From Camelus dromedarius (Eukaryota): 64,000 bases of DNA. Shown one piece after another: positions 37,992 to 49,906 of this stretch. Made by a program: the position numbers and the translations under genes. The notes below the pieces were generated by a model. It saw only the letters and a list, made by a program, of their open reading frames with translations, was not told the DNA's origin and made no database searches. The first letter of the stretch is position 1; every line of letters starts with the position of its first letter. Location of the stretch: the NCBI RefSeq assembly GCF_036321535.1, contig NC_087437.1:103542001-103606000 (forward strand), written 5' to 3'.

Positions 37992-38999
37992 ATTTTGAAA
38001 TTGTCCCCACCATATTCATATAAGGATCTTAAACATGAGTTTTATATGATGTAAAGGTTTTCAAGATTTTAGGATAACAATAACAAATTTCAAGAGAGGA
38101 AATTCGGATTAGGTTATATGACTGCATCATCACTAGATCTTTTGTTCGTTCATCCATTCATTTATTCATTATCATTTGATGGTAATTAAGTACTAGTTTG
38201 ATCATTTTTATCATTTATTCTTGCAAAGCTCCTCTCACATCCCATGAGTGTATTCAATAGGGGGAAAATACGTAAAAATATAAATGAAATATTTGAATCT
38301 TATTTATGCCAATTGATACATTAAGATCTCAATATAATCAGTTGGAACAAAATCTTCAATTCTCTTTACCAATCATTTCCGAATCCTTATAAGGTAAAAT
38401 TCCTATCTGAACTGAAATGTCAGTGCCAATATTAGTGTCAATATTACTGTCAAGGATGTTGATACAATCATCTTTCATATTTTCTTCTACAGACCATACA
38501 GAATTCCTGGCTTTTAATTCTTGTGTCGGGTTTTCAGAAGCGTGCCCTTGGGGGAGAGACATTTGTATTAATCTAAAGCCACTGTGACAAGCAATTTAAT
38601 GGTGATATCAGTGTACCTCCAGTTACTTTTTGCCAAATAACCCAAAAAAGTCACACTATGATTGAAAAAGGGAAGGCAATAAAATTATTAGTTAGGGCTA
38701 CAAGGAACACTCCATAATTTTTAGCAATGGTGAAAATATTATCTTTTTAGCAATGTGAAAATATATTCTTTTTATATAGTGTCTTAAAATCTATGAGAGG
38801 AGTCTAGATAGACTCCTAGTACCAGTACTAGAGTGACTTCTGTTCTGCTTTCCTCATTTGTCCTTGTTTTGCTAACCAGGTCTTGTCCTTGTCTGTCTGT
38901 TCTATTACTATCTGTCTAACTATCAATCTATCAAACATCTGTCTATCTACCTACCTATCAATCTATGTATCATCTGATCATTATAGCTCTCAAAATAAC

Positions 39000-39250
39000 A
39001 GACAGTATGGAGAAGTTTCTAAATTAACAAAAAAAAAAGCAGAGTCAAGCTCTGAGTCCAAATCCTGGCTTTGTCACTTTCATACTATGTGAGTTGAGCA
39101 AGTCACAGGAACTCTCTCTGATCCAGGTTCCTTGTATTCCTATAACATCAGTAGATGCTGTAATAGTGCTTAACCCATGTGGTTTGGGAGAGGGTTTTAT
39201 AAACTATTTGGTACCAAAGTATCAGCATAATAGCGAGTCAATTTAGCTAT
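39000..39250 (+). mobile_element. MIR SINE
   Basis: tctgagtccaaatcctggctttgtcactt...tgtgagttgagcaagtcac...ctctctg. Confidence 0.65.
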
Positions 39251-40125
39251 ACCTATATGGATAAAAGGAATTCAAAATTTATAATGTTATTTTAAGCACT
39301 TGTATCTAATTTTTACATTTGTACTGGCTTTTAAAAAGAACATAGAGGTAAGCAATTTTTGCAAGATCAGACAACTAGGTAAATAAGAGTTTCAAAACAG
39401 GTGTCTGACTTTCGGCCAGTGCACTCAGCATTCTTTCTACACAGAACTACAGATTAAGTTATGATGTCAGTTTACACGTCTATATTAAAACCATTTTAGC
39501 AATGTTAAAATAAGCAGCTTTGTACTCTTTAACTAACGTGTCTTTATCGTAGTTCTGGTTTGGTTTGGTATCCAGTCTGTTCTTAACTGTCATAAAGCGT
39601 TCTCAGTCTTTGCTCATTAAATCCGAGACCCACTGTTTCTAGTGTTCAAGAGGGATGTGTAGTTACTGCTTCTGTAATTACTCTTTAGGGCTAGTGTAAT
39701 AGGTCTTCCTCATCTTGAAGCTGTGTAAAGAGAGAATTGAAATATCTTTGGCCAAGCAGGAATATTTCCTGCTTAGAGACAGAGCTGGAATCCAAACGTC
39801 CTTTTTATAGAGTTGGGACAATTTCTGTTAAATATTTTATCATTGTCTTTAGAGCACTATGTCTGTTCAGTATAACTCATTGACCTCCTGACCAAGGTAT
39901 AGGAACCCTGCCTCAGATGTCACAAAGTAGTCAGGTTCAAATGCAGTAATTGTGCTACATTTCTCAATGATGCTTGGTTCTTTTCAAATTAAAAGTCACT
40001 TTTTTTTCCTAACTGAAGAACATATGGATGAGTTTTCATTGTTAGATAGAGAATACTAACTCTTAGAATATTAATCAAAGCTTATTCTTATTCAGTTTTC
40101 CTCCTGCTCACCCTCAACCACTAGC

Positions 40126-40127
<2 letters not shown>

Positions 40128-40174
<47 letters not shown>
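40128..40174. repeat. (CA)n microsatellite, ~23 uninterrupted units
   Basis: Directly visible. Confidence 0.97.
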
Positions 40175-40177
<3 letters not shown>

Positions 40178-43100
40178 CCATCCCCATCCCATAAGGAATT
40201 GAACAGTTTCTACTTGGGTGGGATAATCTTGTGTAAAGAAGAAGCTGAAGCAAAAAAGAAATAATTTTTTATTTTCTCTTCATGATTTTCTTTCTAGAAA
40301 TCAGATAAGAAAGGATCAGAATGTTTATCAGCCGTGCTTCTCATTAATTAGATGTTGATAGCAAGACAAAATAATCAGTTCTCTCAAAATTATGTAAAAA
40401 CGGTTGAATTTATATTATTTAATGAATCCACAGAAAACTCAAGCATAATACTTCTGTAAAAGTGCTGAGATGGTTTGTCCTCAGTACACCAACATGTAAT
40501 ATCACAGAACAGAGAAAGTGGAGGCAGTCCACTTTTAAAATATTTAATAATGCATTATGTTCAGGGGGTTCAATAGTTTATTTTTTGTCTTTTGACAAAT
40601 AAGGATGATCAGTAAATGTTCAGATAAAAAATTCTTATAAGATAGCTATAATGTCTAAAACAAATTACGTTCTAGAATTACAAATACATATGGGAAGAAA
40701 TAGTTTATTTTACATATGGAGAGTCACCAAAACATTGACTTTTAAAACCTGCTTTTACAGAAGCCCTTGTGCTAAAGGAAGAAAGGTATGAGAAAAGAAA
40801 ACATAGCCATGATATCTGTTGTAAAATATCCCTTCTTCTATGAGAAAACAAGTCACAAATATGAGAACAACAAGACACCTTTGAGAATCTTGACAATTAT
40901 CATTAATGACCCAAGAGTTTAACAGTCATAAAACTTCCTATCCATGGCAAGAGGGAGACATGTGATCAGCAACAAACACAGTTCATCGCTGGAGTTCCAT
41001 AAAATCCCCAGACACACAGCATGGGCCGAAATTCATCTTTGCAAGTTTGATCGGTGACATAAAATTCTATCTATTTGTTAAATTCGATATCCCTGTGTTT
41101 ATATAACTTCTAGCATGTCAGAACTGTGTATTTTGACCAGGGAAACAAATATTAGTGTTTTGATTCTTGTTATTATATATCTAGGAAAAATAGGCAATGT
41201 GGAATCTGATGCAGTATCTTTTTTTGGTTTTCTTGCTTTCTGGATAAGCTGTTATCTCCACTTTAGATCTGTTTGAAATAATAAAAATGAAATCTTAACA
41301 AATGTAGTCCATTTTGTGTCTTAGTTTTGTTAACTTTCTATACGTGTACTGTGTATTTGGGAAAAAAATCTCTTTGACAGATGTTTGACTCTTCTGTAGA
41401 AATTACATACTTAGGATACATAACACTCACATATAAATAAATACTTTAATAATAAGATACAAACTGAGACTTATTATTTTCCAAGAACACTGGCTAAGTC
41501 ATCAGAGCAGAGCTGTCAGTGTTTTATTTTTTAATTATATTTAGTTAATTAAGTCCCTCTTCTGTTTAAACTGCCACTGATTACAGTATTGAATTCTTTA
41601 ATTTTAGTTATGTTTTTTCTTTCAAGTAGTTATATTTATTTTAAATCTGCTGTAAATTTTCTCATAGCATCTTCTTTCCTGAAGATATTTCTAATCTTAC
41701 TTATATTTCTTTATATATTATAAACATAGTTCTCTCCTAGTCTGTGTATAATAATCCTAAATCGGAACCCAGTGCGGGACTGTTTCTGTGGTTCTTCCTC
41801 ATTTTATTTCCCCTTGTGTCCCTGGTTCTCTTTGCTCTTATTCCAGACATTTGAAGAATCATTTGTAGAAATAATTTGAAGACTGGTATGAGTGTTTCCT
41901 CTACTGAAGAGAATTTACATTTGCTGTTGGTCAGTGGTCCAGCATCTACTAGGAGTTTGTATCCTACTAGACCAGAATAATCTGAAGCCAAGTTTAAGAA
42001 TTTAGGTTCCTTAGATCACAGAGGACTAAGCCTGCAAGCCCATGGGAAGACTAACTTCGTTTTCATTGTCTTACCCTTAGTATATAGTCTTTCAGAGTCA
42101 TGGGTTTATGTTTTGTATGTGGGTATGAATGCATGGACACTCTTATCAGAGTCTTTACCTAGGAGTTCTTTTGGGCTTTGACTTCTGTTCCTTTCAAGCA
42201 GTTGAGCTGCTTAAGCTATTCTGCAACTATTTTTCTCATTAGAAATACCCTTAGGGAACTATTGATTTTGAATGCTAGTCAATTTCCTGGGTTATTGTAT
42301 TTTCCTATGATTTTGCTTGGTATAAACTTCCTTGGTGAAGTTTTTAAATTGCACACATGATTCTCCTTCTAGTTTTTCAGATACATTAATCCACTCTTTT
42401 CACAGAAAGAATATCATAACACACCAGCACTTTCATGGAAATACAGCTGCTCACGTTGCAAATTTAACTTTCATCACGGCACACACTTTAAGTCTACATG
42501 CGTCCACAAAACTAGTTGAATTTTCCTGAGTGTGTCCTACTCTCTCTTATTTTAATTTGCTTATATACTTCTTCCTCTATTGTATTATTATTTCTCTATC
42601 TTTGCTTGTTAACTTTAATTACTTAGAACACTTTATGTAAATTGATTGTTTTCCTTATCTGTTTATATTTGGAATTTAAATTATTTTCTTATTAGCTTAT
42701 ATGAAATTTCAAATGAAATGTTGAGATTAAGTATTTTTACATTTGTAGCAAACCTATTTTATCAGTCATATTTTGCCTTGTCTCTTCATTTTTTATTAAA
42801 CACATTATGGTTAATTTTATTAAATCAAAATTTGGAATGCTATCATTTCTATTTCCAACTTACAAATTTGATACGAGCATGGACATATTCTTGACATATA
42901 CTTATAATTTTCTAGTGATCTGAATATGTCTATAATATGATTTTCAATGTACTTACACATTATATGAAGTTTATTTCTAAATGAGTGGTACAAAATGTAT
43001 ATTTTTCTATTTTTTCTCCAATGGCCACCTGATATTCCATGCTGTTTTCAATTACTCTTATATTTATTACTCTTTCATATAGTATGTTTTTCACAATATA

Positions 43101-43179
43101 TTTTAACCTTAACTTTAAAAATCTTTCTTTGATTTAATATTTATTGAGTTATTAATGAGGATTATACAGTAGAATGGGC

Positions 43180-43400
43180 ATTTAATAATAACATTATGTA
43201 GTTATTAATGAATTTACTGGTTTTAAAAGCTTTCACACTATTGTTTCACTTATTTCTATGAATAGTCTTATGATGTAACTAGAAAATATTTTATCCTACT
43301 TATTCATGACCCCAAATTGAGATTCAGTGAATTAAATTCACTGCTTTGAATCTCATATTTTGTAAGTTTTGGATCAAGAACCAAGCACCAAGGTCTTCTG
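43180..43400 (-). mobile_element. MIR SINE
   Basis: aataataacattatgtag...aaaagctttcacactatt...aaattgagattcagtgaattaaatt...caagaaccaag. Confidence 0.55.
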
Positions 43401-45231
43401 TGGGGTCTAAACCACCCTTCTTTATTTTTCCTGCTACCTCCATAAAAAGAACTTGTAAATCGATTGACTTGATCTAAACTTTATATAGAATGCTTTTATT
43501 TCCACTAGCTAAATGTTATTACAACAAATAAGAAAACCCTTAATCTCTCATTGCAATGTGAAGTCCTCATTCATTTGCATACCAAAGCATATTTTTTTAT
43601 TAGTTTGGAATATAGTAACTAGAATGTAACTTTTACTCCATAGAAGAACAATACATACATAAATGTCTACACATCATGTGATTAACAATGTTGATTCTGA
43701 AAAACATTGCTAACCTATTTCAGTAAGCCTGAGTTGTTATGGAGTAGAAAGAATAGCATTCAAAAGAGTAAGCTTTTCCAATTTGCCCTAACTACAGTAA
43801 AACTTAAGTTAATTTGGTCTAATACATTATTTATCTTCTTTTATAGCTTTTACTTTTCTGTAGAAATATCCATTTAGATTCTTTCGTATTCTCTACTCTT
43901 TTGAAAGACAACCTTACTTTTGTTAGTATTTCTATTTCATATAAATAATTTCATGTTTTTAGAAGGAAATAACTAATATGTATCTTTACAGTTTCCTAGT
44001 AAATGCTATTTGTATAGAACTGGCAAGATCTGAGATAATGTCAAATATCAATTTTACTATTTTTATAAACATTACTATTATTGATTAAGATATTCAAATT
44101 GGTAAAATATAACATTTGTGAACATATCGCATCATATTTAATCTTCTGTGAGTATGCTATACATTTAAATTATCTATAAATACAAAATAAGCCTGTCTTT
44201 CAATATCCAGATATAACATTCAAAATATTTTTTGTCAGGTGGACATATACTCATTTGGGAAATAAAAGGACCTTAAGACTTATGTAGCACTGGCAATAGT
44301 CCTTTCCAGTTGCATTAGACTGTGTGTTGCTCTTTGCATTCAGTTCATTAGTTATTCCTTTCACAATGGTGAGGGTTCTTCTTAAGGAATTTTAAAGATT
44401 CTCCTATAATCATCTAATCAAACACTCAGAGAATGATTCTTCCACTTCTGTGATGTCTGCCTCTTTCTTATGGAAGGAAAATGTCTTAGTTCATTACATT
44501 TTAAAAGGCACTTACTGCTACAGTACTTTTCTTCCATAGTTAATTTTCACCCATTTTTCTGTTCTAATAGCCTTTCCACATCTCAGCCCACTAGTGGAAC
44601 TGGAAAATAGCTGGCTAGGATGATGCCACCTTTTTAGTAACTTTGCCTGTATAAGGAAAGAGTTGTCATAATACCCATAGCTTTCCCATTTGCAGACTTA
44701 ATATTACTAATGTTTTTCACTAATAGAACCCTTTAAATCTTACTGCTCATCTAATGACACATTCCAGGGCCCTCCTGGAAATTGTGATAACAAAATGCTC
44801 TGGGAGATCTGTGAGTCCAAAAACAGGTTTTAAGCACACAGAAGCAACATAGCACATGAAAGCCATAAACCACACTCCTCTTTAGCAGTGACCAGAAACT
44901 CTTTCAGAGTGGAATTAAAGTTTAGGAAAAAAGTTCGACACTAGACAGCACCTCTGTTGGTCTTAATCGAGGAAGAACTTTCCCATGAGCCCCAAATACA
45001 TTTTGTGGCTAAATTAACCATGTGTCCACCCAGATGGGACTAAAGCTAGCCAGGTCATGATGCTAGAATCAGTGGTCAGGTTAGTGAGGCCTATTCAGTA
45101 CTGCTGTCGTACTTCACTGTGTATAACACGTACACCTCATTCTGGGTGGGATGTCTGAGCCTCTTTCTTGTCAGCTCCTCAGTTGTCTCAGCTGGACTTT
45201 TACCTGTGCCCTAACTAGACTTGGAATTTTC

Positions 45232-45328
45232 ACTGGATCCAACCATTCTCTTATGCTACTTCATGCCTTGATCTTTACCAAAGATCTGGCAGAAGACAGT
45301 AACAGATGTGGAAAGATACAGAATGGTT
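45232..45328 (+). repeat. 97-bp dispersed direct repeat, copy 1 (probable donor)
   Basis: Matches 49549-49645 with 5 substitutions and no indels (aligned by eye). Confidence 0.95.
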
Positions 45329-45547
45329 TTATGCAGAAATAGTTGTGTGTTCAAAACTAATCAGAAATGACATGAAACAAGCATGTTGGTGAATACGTGC
45401 CAGGGGCTCAGGACAGCTGATGTGTGGTCTATGTAATTTATCAATAGCAATTTCACTAGAACTAAAAGTCATCCCTTTGACATTCTCTTCCCCTCTAAGT
45501 TATTTCTTGTTCTTTCTGTTCAAGGAACTGTGTAAGAACTAACATTG

Positions 45548-46063
45548 GATACCACATCTTTTTATATACAATGGAATATTACTCAGCCATAAAAAAGAAA
45601 TAATGCCATTTGCAGCAACATGGAAGGACCTAGAAATTGTCATACTAAGTGAAGTAAGTCAGACAGAGAAAGACAAATATCATAAGATGTCACTTATATG
45701 TGGAATCTAAAAAAAATAAAAAAGAAAAGAAAAGATACAGATTTTACTTACAAACCAGAAATACCAGAAATAGTCTCTCAAACATAGAAAACAAACTGTG
45801 GTTACTGGGGGGGTGGGGTGGGTGGGGATAGTTTAGGATTTTGGAATTAATAGATACACACTACTATACATAAAATAGAAAAAGAACAAGGACATATTGT
45901 GTAGCACAGGGAACTGTATTCAATTTCTTGTACTGAGCTGTAATGGAAGGAATCTACAAAATATATATATGTGTGTATATGTACTGAATCACTTTGCTGT
46001 ACATCTGAAACTAACACTGTAAATTGACTATACTTCAATTAAAAAATGAGTTAATTTTTTTTA
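45548..46063 (+). mobile_element. 5'-truncated L1 with a ~16-nt 5' inversion
   Basis: L1 ORF2 end plus 3'UTR, with a perfect 14-bp TSD aagaactaacattg (45534, 46064). The first bases, gataccacatcttttt, are the reverse complement of the adjacent L1 consensus. Confidence 0.93.
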
Positions 46064-47649
46064 AAGAACTAACATTGTGATATTACTGGCACCTTAGAAT
46101 ACACGAGTTCCTTTCTTAACAAACATCACCCTGATTCATCTGAATAGTGCTAACATGTTACCACTAATATATTAGTCTGAACTCACAAATTCAAGAGGCA
46201 GGAACCATAAAAATATCAGAAATACAAATGCAAAGCAAGGGTGTCGATGACTGCATAAACAAGTCAGATTAAAAAATTAGATATCAGTAAAAAGAAACCT
46301 TAAATTGAGGAAATTTCTTTCTCAGAAAAGAAACTACAGTTCCTTCCTGCTGAGTTCTGATTAAAATCTGTAGGTAAAAATTAGTACATTAAAGTAAACA
46401 TCACAGCAGATGCCTCACCCTGAGGGGTATTGTGTGGAGTCTAAGGACAAAAATTAATGTTAAAGTTTCTTCTTTGATAACATTTTTATCTCCTATCCTA
46501 GCTTTTCCATAATGACATAAAATAATCTCTAACATTTTAATCAAAGATAAAACATTATGTATAGTTTTAAAAAATGCCCCATTTGCAAGCATACATCTAA
46601 GGCGCTTAAATGGATTCATTGCAAACACATCTTATAGAACCTTCTTTATTCAGTTTTACACTTATCTGCTTATTCAATTCATGAGCCTGCTGTATGCATT
46701 AGAAACTTGAAATATAAAAATAATATACCATCTCTTATTTATGATAGACAGACATAGAAAGATCCAGAGGTAGTTAGATAGAAATTTAAAAATTGATGGA
46801 TAGGTGTTATGATATGTTAGATATCATAACATATACTCAAGAATATGAGTGTCAACAGCAAATTCTTAGAACAAAGGAAATGGACAATCCCTTCTTATAT
46901 TCATCCTATTTGCATAGGATCAGGGAATCCAACTCAGAAATACATCTTAAAGTGGGATTTGAGAAGTTCCACTCACGGTTAGGTTTAGAAGGCAAGACCA
47001 TGGATAACTTTCACTTCTACAGAAGAAATCACAATATTGAGAAAGAAATTGCTTTCTTTAAAGCCGTAACAAAGAGTCGTGGACATAAAGAAATCTAAAA
47101 ATACTACATTTTATTGGGAGATGCCCTTCCTAGGTGATGAATGCACAAGGAGCAATTTTATCCAGGAGTCCAGTTGCTAAGGTTGGGATCAGAGCAGATA
47201 TGGGAGCCGTGCAGCCCCAGAAAGATAGTATTTGGAAAAATAGCCACACGTTGACCAACTCTATGCTATGGTATGTTAGATTTTAATCTCAGTGAACTCC
47301 AAATGCACAGTTAATCTGCTTCAACAAGTAATTCTATTTTATGGGAATCTTCAGAGTAAGCAGAAGTTGGGATTAGGATTAGAAAATCAAAACGATTATG
47401 TGTTCTTAGAGTCTGTCACTATCACAGACTCATCATCTTGACTTCTTCTGGTATCACAGGGTCTCAAACTTATTCTCTTGTAATTGATTTTTCCATAATA
47501 CCATGTTCTACAAACTTCTGACCTTACAGTATTGAAGTCTCACATTCTCACAATGTGACAGTTTAAAACCTTATAGCAGGTGGATTCCAAAGTGATCAAA
47601 ATAGCAACTCACAAATATAGGAAAATAAGGAAAATCAATTTAGGATACA

Positions 47650-48110
47650 TACAAAGAAGAGAAATTAGGGGTAAATACAAGCACAATGGATGACTAGGAA
47701 TAAATAAACTGTGAATTCAAAAATATTTATCCAAGGAAAATTTTTTTTAAACAACAAATGTTAAATAAGCAGATTTTCGGATGAAAAGCTAAAATAATCT
47801 GCTGCCAGTATCTCATATTATAAGAAAAGCTAAAGGAAGCTCTCCAGGGTAAGGGAATATACCAGATGGTACAAGACAGAATAAACACCAGAAAAGAGTA
47901 AATGTGTGGGCATAAATAAAAGCTCATTTTATCACATATCTATCTTCATTTTATTTCAAGGATTATCGGTCATTTAAAGCAATATAATAACAATGTATTA
48001 GAAAGTTTATGACATGTATTTTAAAAACAGCAGGAACATAAACACCTTATTTATGAAGTAGTACAAGATTATTTGAAGATGTACATTGATTTCCTACAGG
48101 TGAATACTGT
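47650..48110 (+). mobile_element. Old L1M ORF1-end/inter-ORF remnant
   Basis: aataatctgctgccagtatctcatattataagaaaagctaaaggaagctctccagg...ataccagatgg. Confidence 0.55.
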
Positions 48111-48299
48111 AAACTCAAGAGAATCTATCAAAACACTCACACATACCAGAAAAGATTTTGCTATAAAGTGAATAGAGTTTCTTCATCTTCCTATTCTCTT
48201 CCTTTCCATTAGTAAGCAGTTTATTCTTAAACAATTTAGTCTTAAAGCTGTTAGCTTGATCAGAGCAAGTCAGGTATCCTTTTCTGTCTGGGCCTAAGA

Positions 48300-49020
48300 A
48301 AGCCATGGAGCACAGAGCAGTGTTAGGACCCAAGTAGGGTAAATAGGGCATTTCCTTGGCTGGCATGATGAGTGAGAATCAAGCAGGATGCAGAGGGGTG
48401 ATTCTCAGTGTGGTAAAGGAACTCCAAAAGGATGGAAGGGATTTCCATGTAGGGGGATTTCTCACTTGGGGAATGTGAGCTGGAGCAGGATGGGTAACGG
48501 AACCCAAATGAGAGACCTAGAATAGGATATCAAAGTAAGAGATTGAGGAGAGCCCCACCTGGAGAATGGTCGAGTGGGAGGAGGCAGAAGCTAAGTGTTG
48601 AGAACCAGGCATGCATGTCATGGGGGTTCTGGATACAGAGTGTCACAGACTGAGAAGGACATTGACATGGTGGTAAGATGTTAGAGCCAAAGCAGTGTAA
48701 GGAGGCATCCACAAATGGATGCAGCTCAAGGTAGTGTCTAAAGGTAAGCAGGGTGAGAAGATCATCATTGTGGCATCAGTGTAAGATGACCTTGCCCCAG
48801 ATGTCAGATCTCAAGTAAGGTGGGAAAAGCATCCATGCCGACAGGCTGATAATTCTGAGTGAGCAGTTGGAGCCCCTGAAGGGTGAGGTGAAAATTTTCA
48901 TGGGAGGCCTGGTGCAGGGTCTTGAAAAGTGAGCAGAGCAAGTAGGGGGTCAGAGCATGAGTGTGGATAAAGTAATCTACACAGGGAGAAGGGCAGTAGC
49001 TGAAGGTAGTATATTGATTA
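48300..49020. repeat. Purine-rich degenerate ~60-bp subrepeat region, probably an L1MC-type UTR
   Basis: A motif resembling gtgtcagagcccaagcagggtgaggagggcatcca recurs at ~48677, 48734, 48800 and 48948, with weaker copies upstream. Confidence 0.5.
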
Positions 49021-49149
49021 CATGTTGGAGAGTTTGATCAAATAATTAAATTTATTCAGAGTGATAAGGTCATATTTCTAACTGGAAATAGGAAGAAAAA
49101 AAAGTAGAATGAACCCTTTGACTTTAGATTTGCTGTAAATTTATGCTTT

Positions 49150-49300
49150 TTAAAATTAAAGACATTGTTTTTTAGAGCAGTTTTAGGTTCACAGCAAAAT
49201 TGAAAGAAAATATATTTCCCAAATACCCCTACATCCACCCATGCATAGACTCCCCAGTTATCATCCTAAAGTACCAACCTCCTCAAAAGAGGTACATTTC
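49150..49300 (-). mobile_element. L1MC-like 3' end
   Basis: tttttagagcagttttaggttcacagcaaaattga...ttcccaaatacccc. Confidence 0.8.
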
Positions 49301-49448
49301 AACTTGTTCCTTTTGCTGCATGTCATTATTAAGAAAATTGACAGAATTAAGTGGGGTCTGAGAATTAGAAGTTAGTAATGTAATGATGTTAATGTCTTAA
49401 TCTTGATATTAGAAATAAACACTAAGGTATTTGGCAATAAGTCATTAC

Positions 49449-49906
49449 CTTTGATGGTTTCTTTGAGTCAACTTGTCTAAGCTAAATGAATCACCAGGAT
49501 GGAAGGGATTGCTGCAGCCACACTTCCTTCTCTCAGTCATTCAGTCAAACTGGATCCAACCATTCTCTTATGCTACTTCAGGTCTTGATCTTTACCAAAC
49601 ATCTGGCAGAAGACAATAACAGATGTGGAAAGATACAAAATGGTTGATGAAGAATTTTGCAATGTAATTAAAGTCCATAATCGGTTAACTTTAGTCTAGG
49701 GAGATACCCATTCTGTGGACAAAAGCTTAAGGCCTGCCTAAGGAATTGTAGCGTGCCCATGCTCTTCCCTCCCTGATGTCTGCCTTGTGGAGCTCTGACT
49801 TCCTTAGGTAGCCTCCAAAATCACACAGGCAATTCCTTGTAACATATATTCTAATATCTTTACCCTCTACTGATTCTGCTTCTCTGGCTGAACTCTGAAT
49901 GATGCA
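49449..49906 (+). mobile_element. MLT2-like (ERVL) solo LTR carrying a 97-bp foreign insert
   Basis: tgatggtt...gagtcaacttg start; cagtcattcagtcaaac and atgtaattaaagtccataatc internally; ctactgattctgcttctctggctgaactctgaatgatgca end. cattac occurs on both flanks. Confidence 0.75.
49549..49645 (+). repeat. 97-bp dispersed direct repeat, copy 2 (inserted in the LTR)
   Basis: 92/97 identical to 45232-45328. Confidence 0.95.

Noticed and set aside
38718..38770. ~26-bp tandem duplication (tttttagcaatg..gaaaatat)
   Set aside because: Real, but an ordinary slippage duplication with no sign of function.
44945..44963. CTCF site (minus strand ccaacagaggtgctg)
   Set aside because: It lacks the core GGC spacing of the CTCF consensus.
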